Assembly (NCBI GenBank): GCA_002305675.1
Contig: DBQA01000007.1
Location: forward strand, 110,653-174,652
DNA from: Patescibacteria group bacterium UBA1406
GTDB lineage: Bacteria; Patescibacteriota; Microgenomatia; UBA1406
Length of the DNA: 64,000 nucleotides
Reading direction: 5' to 3'
The notes under the pieces were generated by a model that was not told where the DNA came from, did not search any database, and saw only the letters and a program-made list of their open reading frames with translations. The translations under genes and the position numbers were made by a program. Positions within the stretch are counted from its first letter, which is position 1; the number at the start of each line of letters is the position of its first letter. Positions 15,318 to 25,134 of the stretch are shown here, piece after piece.

Positions 15318-16331
15318 ATGCATCAGGATCCTGAAATAGTCAAGGAAAAATACCTTAGTCTGAAGGATAAGTTCGTCCTGGAAGAGAAAACCGCCCGCCT
15401 GAAGGAACTGGAGCAAAATATCAGCGACCCCAAGCTGTGGGAGAACCAGGACAAGGCCAAGGAGCTTCTGAAGGAACACAGCCGGCTCAAGCAAAGAGTG
15501 GAGGACTTTGAAATGATGGAACTCCTGTTCCTCGACGACGACTATGCCAGTCTCGGCAAGCTGGTCGCGGAGTACGAAAACCTGCTCCTTTTTTCCGGCA
15601 AATACGACGGCCGTGATATCATCTTTGCCATCCACGCCGGCCAGGGAGGAACCGAAGCCATGGACTGGGCAGCTATGCTTTTCAGGATGTATACCCGTTA
15701 CTTTGAAAGGAAAGGATGGAAGACGGAGATGATCGATGAGGTTCCGGGAGAAGAGGCCGGTATCAAAAGCGTGGTCCTGAACGTATACGGGGAAGACGTT
15801 TTCGGCCATATGAAGGCAGAGGCCGGCGTCCACCGGCTGGTGCGCCAATCCCCTTTCAATGCCAACGCCCTCCGGCAGACATCCTTCGCCCTGGTCGAGG
15901 CCATGCCCATCCTGGAGGAACAGGAAGTGGAGATCAAGGAGGAGGACCTGGACTGGCAGTTCTACCGCTCCGGCGGTCATGGTGGCCAGAACGTGAACAA
16001 GGTCTCCACGGCAGTCCGGCTTCTACACAAGCCGACCGGCATCGTCGTCACCAGCCAGCAGGAAAGGCAGCAGCTGCAGAACCGCAACGTTGCACTACAG
16101 ATACTGCGCGGCAAGCTGTGGCAGCTTGAGGAACAAAAGATGGAAGCGGAACAGGAACAGTTCAAGAAAAGCAAGATGGCCAGCTGGGGACTGCAGATAC
16201 GCTCCTACGTCCTCCATCCCTATAAGCTGGTCAAAGACCTGCGGACCGACCATGAAAGCACCAACCCCGAGCGGGTGCTCGACGGAGAACTGGATGATTT
16301 CGTAAAAGCATATTTGCTAAAATTCTCTTAA
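15318..16331 (+). CDS. prfB: Peptide chain release factor 2 (single ORF, no programmed frameshift)
   Basis: SPF tripeptide (RQSPFNAN) and the GGQ motif (SGGHGGQNVNKV). Only 17 nt separate it from the upstream stop codon. Confidence 0.92.
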   Translation: MHQDPEIVKEKYLSLKDKFVLEEKTARLKELEQNISDPKLWENQDKAKELLKEHSRLKQRVEDFEMMELLFLDDDYASLGKLVAEYENLLLFSGKYDGRDIIFAIHAGQGGTEAMDWAAMLFRMYTRYFERKGWKTEMIDEVPGEEAGIKSVVLNVYGEDVFGHMKAEAGVHRLVRQSPFNANALRQTSFALVEAMPILEEQEVEIKEEDLDWQFYRSGGHGGQNVNKVSTAVRLLHKPTGIVVTSQQERQQLQNRNVALQILRGKLWQLEEQKMEAEQEQFKKSKMASWGLQIRSYVLHPYKLVKDLRTDHESTNPERVLDGELDDFVKAYLLKFS

Positions 16332-16363
16332 AGCACTTATTAGTTATATTTTTATATATACAA

Positions 16364-16819
16364 ATGGCAGCGCAAATATTCCATAAATTGGAGGATAAGG
16401 GAAATCCTAACCGTGCAGAGACCAAAAAAGCCCTGACCGCGGGCATATTCGTCCTTATTGCCGTGGCCGGCCTGTTCTCGGGGTGGCTCGCCGCCAGACT
16501 CATCGTTCCCCGGGAAACATCCTCGGTCAAGACCTACACGGGAGAGGAGACGGGCGTCTTCGGTGCCAAGAAGCTCGGTCAGAAAAACGACGAGCTCTGT
16601 CCCGATACGGCCGAGGGGACGGTCAAAAAAGGCGGCATCGACGGCGAAGGAACCCACCACCTGCAGCGGCCGGGGGGCGAATCACAGAACGTCTATCTGA
16701 CCTCTTCCACTATCGACCTGGACCAGGTGGTCAACAAGAAAGTAAAAGTTTGGGGTCAGACTTATGCGGCTGAAACAGCGGGTTGGCTGATGGACGCCTG
16801 CTATCTGGAAGTCAAATAA
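16364..16819 (+). CDS. Hypothetical membrane-anchored protein
   Basis: 151 aa with one TM (GIFVLIAVAGLFSGWLAA). Coding-like composition and tightly packed before ftsE. Confidence 0.45.
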   Translation: MAAQIFHKLEDKGNPNRAETKKALTAGIFVLIAVAGLFSGWLAARLIVPRETSSVKTYTGEETGVFGAKKLGQKNDELCPDTAEGTVKKGGIDGEGTHHLQRPGGESQNVYLTSSTIDLDQVVNKKVKVWGQTYAAETAGWLMDACYLEVK

Positions 16820-16821
16820 TC

Positions 16822-17505
<684 letters not shown>

Positions 17506-17508
17506 CGT

Positions 17509-18405
17509 ATGAACGAAACGGTCAAATCACTAAGGAGGTCTCCCTATCAAACCGCCGGGATCTTTTTCGCCCTGGCTTTCAGTTTTCTGGTGCTTTTGAT
17601 ATTCTCCTTCTCCATCCTCCTTCTGACCAGGATAGTCCACTATATCGAAACGCAACCCCAGGTGACCATATATTTTCTGAAAACCACCCCTGAGTCCAGC
17701 ATGTATAAGCTCAGGGAGGAGCTGATGAGCACTGAAAAGGTCAAGGAGGTCAGATACATCTCCAAACAGGAAGCGCTGAAGATATACAAAGATATGAACA
17801 AGAACGAGCCGCTCCTTTTGGAGATGGTCAGTTCCGAGGCTCTCCCCGCCTCTCTCGAGGTTTACACCCAGAAACCGGAATACCTCAAGGACGTGGCGGA
17901 GCTCGTCAAGAAGGAGCCCGGCGTGGAGGAGGTTGCCTACCAGCAGGACGTCATCGACAGCCTCATCAAAGTCACGAACTCCGTCAGGGTGGCAGCCATG
18001 GCCTTCCTGTCGGCGCAGTTTTTGGTCGTGTTCTTCATTATTTTCACGACCATCACTTTCAAGATCGTGGCCAAAAAGGAGGAGATAGAGATCATGCGGC
18101 TTTTGGGGGCCAGCCGCTACTTCATCATCCGACCGCTCCTGAAGCAAAACCTGTTCATCAACTTTCTCGCTTCCATCGTCAGCTCGGTCATATTTATCGG
18201 CGGCTACCTCTCGCTGCAGACGAAGCTCGCCGGCTTCCTGACCGGGATCCCCTCCCTTACTCTCTATGAGAGCGATGTTTTCAATCTCTACATCTGGCCG
18301 CCTAACCTCTATATGTTCACCTTCTTCACTATCATTACCTTTGCGGTCGGCTACTCCATCATCTGGTTCACTACCTTTCTTGCGGCTTCCAAATACATTA
18401 AATAA
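17509..18405 (+). CDS. ftsX: Cell-division permease-like protein FtsX
   Basis: 298 aa with one TM, a periplasmic domain and three C-terminal TMs. Immediately downstream of ftsE. Confidence 0.85.
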   Translation: MNETVKSLRRSPYQTAGIFFALAFSFLVLLIFSFSILLLTRIVHYIETQPQVTIYFLKTTPESSMYKLREELMSTEKVKEVRYISKQEALKIYKDMNKNEPLLLEMVSSEALPASLEVYTQKPEYLKDVAELVKKEPGVEEVAYQQDVIDSLIKVTNSVRVAAMAFLSAQFLVVFFIIFTTITFKIVAKKEEIEIMRLLGASRYFIIRPLLKQNLFINFLASIVSSVIFIGGYLSLQTKLAGFLTGIPSLTLYESDVFNLYIWPPNLYMFTFFTIITFAVGYSIIWFTTFLAASKYIK

Positions 18406-18454
18406 GCCTTTCCTTCTCTGGAAATACCCTCGTCCGATTTAGTACAATGAACTC

Positions 18455-19663
18455 ATGCGTATTAAGGGCGTCGTTCTATTGGCGGCTATGGCCGTATTTT
18501 TCTTCTTGGTCAAAGGCTCCCTTGCCCAGAATGTAGAGTGCAAAGAGGTCTCCTCAAAGGACCAGGCCGAGCTCCAAAAAATAATCAGTGCCTGCAATCT
18601 CAAGCTGCAGGAGCTGTCAGTGACCCGCAATACCCTGGCCAGCCAGATCCAGTACATGGATACCCAGATCTATCTCACGGAACTGGAGATCGGCCGGAAC
18701 GAGAACCAGATAGAAGTCCTTAAGGACGAAATAAAGAATCTGCAGGGCCGGATAAAAGAACTGGACCTGACCACCGACAAGGTGTCGGAGATAGTCACCA
18801 AGAAGATCAACCAGATGTACAAGAAGCAGCGGACGAGCTTCATCAACACCTTCCTGAACGCCCACAACCTGTCCGAGTTCCTCCGTTCCATCCAGTACCT
18901 GAAAAAGTCCCAGGAGAACGACCGCAACCTGTTATTAAAACTACAGAACACCAAGGTCACCTTTGCGGAACAGAAAGATTTGAGGGAGGTTAAAGAAGAA
19001 GAGCTCAAGGAGGTCACCGTCCGACTGGAGAGATATACTGCCGACCTGGCTGCCCAACAACAGGAAAAGAAAAGCCTGATAGATCTTACCAGGAACGACG
19101 AGCAAAGATACCAAAGGCTCTTGGCAGAAGCCCAGCAGGAGCTTTCCCAGATCCAGCAGGCGGCCAAATTCCTGCAGCAGTCCGGCGAGCCGGTCGCCGT
19201 CAAGCGGGGCCAGGTCATTGGCGTACAGGGCAATACGGGCTATTCCACCGGGGACCATCTGCATTTCGGCGTTTATCGGTATGGCTCCATCGACCAGCTG
19301 AACAACGGCAGCTGGTACCATAACAACTGGATGGACCCGGGAGAGGTACTCTCTTCGCGAACGGTCCGCTGGGAAACAGGCTGCGAGGCAAGCGGGTCGA
19401 GAACGGTCGGTTCGGGCAGCTTCGACTGGCCCATGAATCCCACCGCCATCTCCCAGGGGTCCGGTTATACCTGCTATTCCAGCGCCTTCTATAATGGTAA
19501 TCCCCACCCGGCATGGGACATGTGGGGACCGAGCGGGTCATCCATCTATGCTGTTGAGGATGGGACGGCCTATATCTGCCGTAACTGCCTGGGTGACGGG
19601 GGCAACGGGGTTTTCATATTCCACCCGAACGGTATCATGACCCTGTACTGGCATCTCCAGTAA
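18455..19663 (+). CDS. Coiled-coil M23 (LytM-type) peptidoglycan metallopeptidase, EnvC-like position after ftsEX; catalytic domain segments in permuted order
   Basis: Signal peptide, then ~220 aa of coiled coil. GNTGYSTGDHLHF (HxH, aa 260-271) comes BEFORE HPAWD (HxxxD, aa 351-355) and the terminal YWHLQ. Confidence 0.85.
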   Translation: MRIKGVVLLAAMAVFFFLVKGSLAQNVECKEVSSKDQAELQKIISACNLKLQELSVTRNTLASQIQYMDTQIYLTELEIGRNENQIEVLKDEIKNLQGRIKELDLTTDKVSEIVTKKINQMYKKQRTSFINTFLNAHNLSEFLRSIQYLKKSQENDRNLLLKLQNTKVTFAEQKDLREVKEEELKEVTVRLERYTADLAAQQQEKKSLIDLTRNDEQRYQRLLAEAQQELSQIQQAAKFLQQSGEPVAVKRGQVIGVQGNTGYSTGDHLHFGVYRYGSIDQLNNGSWYHNNWMDPGEVLSSRTVRWETGCEASGSRTVGSGSFDWPMNPTAISQGSGYTCYSSAFYNGNPHPAWDMWGPSGSSIYAVEDGTAYICRNCLGDGGNGVFIFHPNGIMTLYWHLQ

Positions 19664-19716
19664 TGTGGTGTATAGTCGGTTGTTTGCCCGCCGAACTTCC
19701 CCTAGTATGAATACAG

Positions 19717-20901
19717 GTGGCAAAACTAATCCGTTCCATACTGCTTTTGTTTTTTCTTTTCTCCATACAAAGCCGGGTGTTTGCGGCTCTGCGAATCAAC
19801 GAGATCTACCCTGCACCCCCGGCTGGCGGATCTGAATGGGTAGAGATCTATAATCCTTCTTCCGAGACGGTTGAGCTTACCCAATATAAACTGACGGATT
19901 TGAGCAATAAAGGGATAAGATTCACCGAACCAATAATCGGCCCTCTCGGCTTCGCTCTGGCCACCTCATCGGCGGTCCTCAATAACGACGGAGATACCGT
20001 TTTGCTGAAAAACCTGGCGGACGAGCTCGTTGATATTGCCACATATTCAGGGAGCTTTAACGCCGAGAAGTCAGCCGGCCGCTGCCCGGACGGCATGGTC
20101 GGTTTGCTTATCCTGCATGTCCTGACCAAAGGCCTTACCAATAACCCCGGCTGCCCAGTCTCGCCTACCCCGGCGCCTGTCCCGACCGTTGTTCCCGAGG
20201 TCACGAAGAACATTGTCACCTACGATAATATTCACCTGTCCGAAGCAATGCCGAACCCCGAAGAAGGCAAAGAATGGGTGGAGATATACAACGGCAACAG
20301 TTTCCCCATTTCTTTGGTTGACTGGTATATTGACGATATTGAGAACGGCGGCGCCACCCCCAAGAAGTTCAGTCTGGATATCCCCGCCAATGGGTTTGCC
20401 GTAATTGAACTGATTTCGGCCATATTCAATAATGACGGGGATACCGTTCGCCTCCTGGATACGGATAAAAAGGAAAAGGACAGTTTTGAGTACGGGAGAT
20501 CGGAAAAAGGCAGAAGCCTCAGCCGGCAGAATCTTGGGGACGAGCCGGTCTGGTGCACCACCGGACCAAGTCCCCACCAACCGAACCACCCCTGCCCGGT
20601 ACTGACTGTCCCCACTCCCCGGATCACGACCGCCCCGAACGGGCTGGTCCAGGGGATAATGGCCGTCAACAAACCGGTTCGACCCTTACCCGGACCGACC
20701 GCCCTGAAAGTAGCCCTGGAAAAATATGGCACAGGCCCTGATCAATCCGGTCCGAATAAAAAAGTCTCCGATCCCTCCCGCCGGCCGGAAGCAGGCGCCC
20801 TCCTGTCCGCCCTGGCCTTATTGAAGTTTAATCTTTTCGGCAATTTGTGCCTGTATATGATAGTTTTTATATATGGGTACAAAGAAGGGCTCTGGTCTTA
20901 G
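19717..20901 (+). CDS. Secreted protein with two lamin-tail (LTD) domains and C-terminal hydrophobic anchor
   Basis: GTG start. Two repeats of the pattern INEIYPAP...EWVEIYN...NNDGDTVLL and LSEAMPNP...EWVEIYN...NNDGDTVRLL. Confidence 0.75.
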   Translation: MAKLIRSILLLFFLFSIQSRVFAALRINEIYPAPPAGGSEWVEIYNPSSETVELTQYKLTDLSNKGIRFTEPIIGPLGFALATSSAVLNNDGDTVLLKNLADELVDIATYSGSFNAEKSAGRCPDGMVGLLILHVLTKGLTNNPGCPVSPTPAPVPTVVPEVTKNIVTYDNIHLSEAMPNPEEGKEWVEIYNGNSFPISLVDWYIDDIENGGATPKKFSLDIPANGFAVIELISAIFNNDGDTVRLLDTDKKEKDSFEYGRSEKGRSLSRQNLGDEPVWCTTGPSPHQPNHPCPVLTVPTPRITTAPNGLVQGIMAVNKPVRPLPGPTALKVALEKYGTGPDQSGPNKKVSDPSRRPEAGALLSALALLKFNLFGNLCLYMIVFIYGYKEGLWS

Positions 20902-21277
20902 GGTGTTCTTGACCGCCTTCCTGCCCCTGGTTCTCTGGATGGGGCTGATCTTCTTCTTTTCCGAGCAGGAAAAGATCCCGGTCACCGGAAACTACACGGT
21001 CAGCTTCATCATCTTCAAGTCCCTGCACCTCATCGAGTACGGTATCCTCTACCTGCTTTGGGCTCGCTTCCTCCATCTGTCCGGGGTAAGGAACTTTTAC
21101 CTCCTGGCCTTTATCCTGACCTTCCTGTATGGTGTCAGCGACGAACTGCACCAGACAGTCACTCCCACCCGGGAAGGAACATTGCGTGATGTCCTGATAG
21201 ACGGGCTGGGAGCCTTTGTGGCCAACTTTTTCCTCACCAGAGTGACCTGGTTGTCCAAAATCGTCCTTCATAAATAG
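20873..21277 (+). CDS. VanZ-like family membrane protein
   Basis: 134 aa with 4 TMs. Motifs HLIEYGILYLL and YGVSDELHQ. Confidence 0.7.
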   Translation: MGTKKGSGLRVFLTAFLPLVLWMGLIFFFSEQEKIPVTGNYTVSFIIFKSLHLIEYGILYLLWARFLHLSGVRNFYLLAFILTFLYGVSDELHQTVTPTREGTLRDVLIDGLGAFVANFFLTRVTWLSKIVLHK

Positions 21278-21305
21278 CGCCGCCTTCTTTTGCTATACTG
21301 GGTGT

Positions 21306-22277
21306 ATGGGCTTTTGGGGCAAAATCAGGGCTGGTTTGAATAACTGGCTTGTTCCGCATGAGAACAATGGCTGGAAGCCGAAATACCTGCAACACGATTT
21401 CCTGACCACGCTCATCGCCGTGCTTTTAGTGGTCAACCTGGTGTTCAGGTTCGGTATCAAAAACTTCCCCATCAACATCCTCGGAGTCAGCGTGGACATC
21501 TCCGTGGAAACCCTGTTGAACTACACTAATGCCGAAAGACTCAGGTACGGACTGGCCCCACTTGCGCTTAACCAAAAGCTGATGGTGGCGGCCGGAGAAA
21601 AGGCCGGTGACATATTCACCAAAAACTACTGGGCCCATTTCGCTCCGGATGGTACCAGTCCCTGGTATTTTTTCCAAAAAAACAATTACAACTATATCTA
21701 TGCCGGCGAGAACCTGGCCAAAGACTTCTCGAGCAGTCAGGACGTGGTGGTCGCCTGGATGAATTCCGAGACCCACCGCGAGAACATCCTCAAGCCCGAG
21801 TACAAGGACATCGGTTTTGCCGTCATGGAAGGGAACCTCCTCGGCCAGCCCACCGTGCTCATCGTGCAGTTCTTCGGTTCCGAAGAGGTGGCGCTCGCCG
21901 AAAACAAGCCCCCAGATAACCCCGCTCCCGTCACCGCCTTGGAAAGTAGCCCGCCGGAACCGACCCTTACTCCGGCAGAACCAACCCCGGCCCAAGCGGC
22001 CGTGTTGGCAGAAGGACGTCCCGGCAAGCCGCAGACGGTCCTCTCCGCCCGTGGTACGGACACCGTTTCCAAAAAGCCCCTTGTCAATGTTATCGGCTTC
22101 CAGAAACAGCTCATCATCGCCGTGTTGACCGTCCTCATCATGGCCTTGGCGCTTGACTTCTACATGATCGAGAAGCGCAAGATATTCAGGTTGTCCGGAA
22201 AGCATGTGGCCCACCTTCTGTTTACACTGATGCTGATATTGAGTATAATCACTACAAATCCTGGATCCATCTTATGA
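21306..22277 (+). CDS. CAP/SCP/PR1-like (YkwD-type) domain protein with Pro-rich linker and C-terminal TMs
   Basis: LLNYTNAERLRYGLAPLALNQKL...AWMNSETHRENIL...DIGFAV is the CAP-domain pattern. Confidence 0.8.
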   Translation: MGFWGKIRAGLNNWLVPHENNGWKPKYLQHDFLTTLIAVLLVVNLVFRFGIKNFPINILGVSVDISVETLLNYTNAERLRYGLAPLALNQKLMVAAGEKAGDIFTKNYWAHFAPDGTSPWYFFQKNNYNYIYAGENLAKDFSSSQDVVVAWMNSETHRENILKPEYKDIGFAVMEGNLLGQPTVLIVQFFGSEEVALAENKPPDNPAPVTALESSPPEPTLTPAEPTPAQAAVLAEGRPGKPQTVLSARGTDTVSKKPLVNVIGFQKQLIIAVLTVLIMALALDFYMIEKRKIFRLSGKHVAHLLFTLMLILSIITTNPGSIL

Positions 22278-22525
22278 GACAAGAAATTGGCCAGCACTTA
22301 ATCGAGTACGTCGCCCTGGCATCATATACCCTCTTGAGCATAGTTCTGTTTATGGGCTATCGTGGGCACGACCAGAGATACCTGATCCTTTTTATGTTCA
22401 TCCTCTATTACCTGGCCTGGTCAGTTCTCCATCACCTGAGCATCAGGAAAATGAGCCTGCGGATAGTTCTCGAATACCTGCTCATCGCAGCGTTCGGAGT
22501 TTTGGCTTTAAAAGTTTTCTTTTAA
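22274..22525 (+). CDS. Small 3-TM membrane protein (hypothetical)
   Basis: 83 aa. ATGA overlap with the upstream gene; hydrophobic segments. Confidence 0.45.
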   Translation: MRQEIGQHLIEYVALASYTLLSIVLFMGYRGHDQRYLILFMFILYYLAWSVLHHLSIRKMSLRIVLEYLLIAAFGVLALKVFF

Positions 22526-22529
22526 TTAC

Positions 22530-23291
22530 ATGAAGGGTGTCATCTGCGCCGGAGGATTGGCCACCCGCCTCTATCCTCTGACATATGCGACCAACAAGCA
22601 TCTTCTGCCCGTTTACGATAAGCCGATGGTCTATTATCCCATCCAGACGCTCGTGAACGCAGGCATCACCGAGATCCTGGTCATTACTTCCGGCCCTTAC
22701 AGCGGACACTTTATCAATGTCCTGAAGAACGGCAAGGAGCTCGGCGTCAAACACTTGGAGTATGCCTACCAGGAAAACCCCAAAGGGGGCATCGCCGATG
22801 CCGTATCCCTGGCCGAGGACTTCGCCGACGGCGGGCCGGTCACCGTCATCCTGGGTGACAACACAACTGACGCTGATATTTCACGGCCTGTGCAGAGTTT
22901 CCAGAACGGCGCTGTGGTTTTTTTGAAAAAAGTCCCCGATCCGAAAAGGTTCGGTGTCCCCAGGTTCGACGAAAATGATCCGCAGAAAATAGTGGAGATC
23001 ATCGAGAAACCCTCCCAACCTCCGTCCGACTTCGCCGTCACCGGACTTTATATCTATGACAATCAGGTCTTTGATTTCATCAGGAGATCCAAACCCTCTG
23101 ACCGGGGGGAAATGGAGATCACCGACATCAACAATTTTTACATCCAGGAGGGAAAACTGACCTATGCCGAACTGGAGGGATACTGGTTGGACGCGGGCAC
23201 TTTCGACACTCTGGTCACAGCCAACCTTTACTGGGCGAAAAAGGCCAGGTCCGAGAGCCTGAAAAAATTCCTGGAGTACGTAAAATTCTGA
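22530..23291 (+). CDS. rfbA: Glucose-1-phosphate thymidylyltransferase-like sugar nucleotidyltransferase (short form)
   Basis: MKGVICAGGLATRLYPLTYATNKHLLPVYDKPMVYYP. Confidence 0.85.
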   Translation: MKGVICAGGLATRLYPLTYATNKHLLPVYDKPMVYYPIQTLVNAGITEILVITSGPYSGHFINVLKNGKELGVKHLEYAYQENPKGGIADAVSLAEDFADGGPVTVILGDNTTDADISRPVQSFQNGAVVFLKKVPDPKRFGVPRFDENDPQKIVEIIEKPSQPPSDFAVTGLYIYDNQVFDFIRRSKPSDRGEMEITDINNFYIQEGKLTYAELEGYWLDAGTFDTLVTANLYWAKKARSESLKKFLEYVKF

Positions 23292-23293
23292 CC

Positions 23294-24307
23294 ATGCGCA
23301 CATTACTGGTGACCGGAGGGAGCGGTTTCATCGGCAGCAATTTCATCCTCTACTGGATGACCAGATATCCGGGGGACAAGATCATCAACCTGGACAAGCT
23401 GACTTACGCCGGCAATCCCGAGAACCTGAGCCGGATCGAGGACAACCCCGACTACCGGTTCGTCAAAGGGGACATCTGCGACGGGAAGCTGGTCTCGTCC
23501 GTCATAGAGGGAGTGGATATCGTGGTCCACTTCGCGGCCGAGTCCCATGTCGACCGTTCCATATTGGATCCCGCCCCTTTCATCAAGACCAATATTGAAG
23601 GGACATACGTTCTCCTCGAAGCGGCCCGGCAGAATAACGTGAAGAGATTCCACCATATATCCACCGACGAGGTGTTCGGTGCCCTGCCATTGGACTCCGA
23701 ACTGAAATTCACCCCTGACACTCCTTATGATCCGAGAAGCCCCTATTCGGCCTCCAAAGCCTCATCCGACCACCTGGTCAGAAGCTACCATACCACTTAT
23801 GGGCTGCCGGTCACGATCTCCAATTGTTCCAATAATTTCGGCCCCTACCAGTTTCCGGAAAAGCTCATCCCCCTCGCCATCACCAACCTCATGGAGGACA
23901 AAAATATCCCTGTCTACGGCGACGGACTCTATGTCAGGGACTGGCTTTATGTAGAGGACCATTGCCAGGCCATCGACCTCATCCTGGAAAAAGGCCGGGT
24001 CGGGGAAACCTATCTCGTCGGCGGACTCACGGAGGACATCCCGAACATAGAGATCATCAAAAAAATAGTGCGGGTGATGGGCAAGGATGAGAACCGGATA
24101 GAGTTCGTCAAGGACCGACCCGGACATGACCGGCGCTATGCCATCGACTGGAGCGGGATAAACCGTGAGCTCGGCTGGAAACCGGAGCACGATTTTGAAG
24201 AGGCACTCGCCAAAACCATCCGGTGGTACCAGGAAAATGAAGGCTGGTGGAGAAACGTCAAAAGCGGCGAGTACCAGAAATATTACCAGAAACAGTACCA
24301 GGGATGA
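23294..24307 (+). CDS. rfbB: dTDP-glucose 4,6-dehydratase
   Basis: GGSGFIGSNF, HFAAESHVDRS and YSASKASSDHLV (YxxxK). 337 aa. Confidence 0.92.
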   Translation: MRTLLVTGGSGFIGSNFILYWMTRYPGDKIINLDKLTYAGNPENLSRIEDNPDYRFVKGDICDGKLVSSVIEGVDIVVHFAAESHVDRSILDPAPFIKTNIEGTYVLLEAARQNNVKRFHHISTDEVFGALPLDSELKFTPDTPYDPRSPYSASKASSDHLVRSYHTTYGLPVTISNCSNNFGPYQFPEKLIPLAITNLMEDKNIPVYGDGLYVRDWLYVEDHCQAIDLILEKGRVGETYLVGGLTEDIPNIEIIKKIVRVMGKDENRIEFVKDRPGHDRRYAIDWSGINRELGWKPEHDFEEALAKTIRWYQENEGWWRNVKSGEYQKYYQKQYQG

Positions 24308-25125
24308 GGATTGCCGTGACCGGAGGGAGCGGTTTGGTGGGCTCCCGGATCATCGAGCTTCTGCACGGAGACTTCGAGTTCATCGAACTCTCCCACCGGG
24401 AGATGGATATCACCGACCGCGATAACGTCCACCATGCGCTCAGAGACCTCGATTACGACCTTCTGCTGCACCTGGCCTCATACACGAATGTCGACGGGGC
24501 ACAAAAGGAGCCGGAACTAGCCTACCGGATGAATGTTGAAGGGACCCGGCACTTATTCGAGGTGGCCCGCTCCGGAAACAAAAAATTCGTCTATATTTCC
24601 ACCGACTTTGTTTTCGACGGCACCAAGCCCCCCTATTTCGAGGACTCACCCACGAACCCCCTGGGAGTTTACGCCAAAAGCAAACACGAAGGGGAAAGGA
24701 TCGTCGGAAACGATGGCATGGTGGTCAGAATTTCCTACCCTTACCGCGCCAGCTTTGCCAAAAAGATGGATTTCGTGAGGGTCATCAGACAACGGCTCGC
24801 GGAGTCGCAGCCGGTCCAGGGCATCCGGGACTCGGCTTTTACGCCCACCTTCATCGACGACATCGCATTTGGTCTGAAGCACCTGATGCAAAATTATACG
24901 CCAGAAGTGTTCCATCTAGTCGGCTCTCTTACCCTCTCCCCCTTTGAGGCGAACGTCGCTATTGCCAAGAGATTCGGCTATAGTGCCGGCCTCGTGGTCC
25001 CCGTCTCCTTTGCAGACTTTTTCAAAGGCCGGGCTCCCCGGCCACAGTACTCAGAGATCAGAAGCAATAAGGTCAACCTGCCCCCCATGAAATCTTTTGT
25101 CGAAGGACTGGATTCTATAGTATAA
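24304..25125 (+). CDS. rfbD: dTDP-4-dehydrorhamnose reductase-like SDR
   Basis: Start at 24304 (MRIAVTGGSGLVGS), ATGA overlap with rfbB. YAKSKHEGE (YxxxK). RmlD-like length of 273 aa. Confidence 0.75.
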   Translation: MRIAVTGGSGLVGSRIIELLHGDFEFIELSHREMDITDRDNVHHALRDLDYDLLLHLASYTNVDGAQKEPELAYRMNVEGTRHLFEVARSGNKKFVYISTDFVFDGTKPPYFEDSPTNPLGVYAKSKHEGERIVGNDGMVVRISYPYRASFAKKMDFVRVIRQRLAESQPVQGIRDSAFTPTFIDDIAFGLKHLMQNYTPEVFHLVGSLTLSPFEANVAIAKRFGYSAGLVVPVSFADFFKGRAPRPQYSEIRSNKVNLPPMKSFVEGLDSIV

Positions 25126-25134
25126 TTTACTCCT

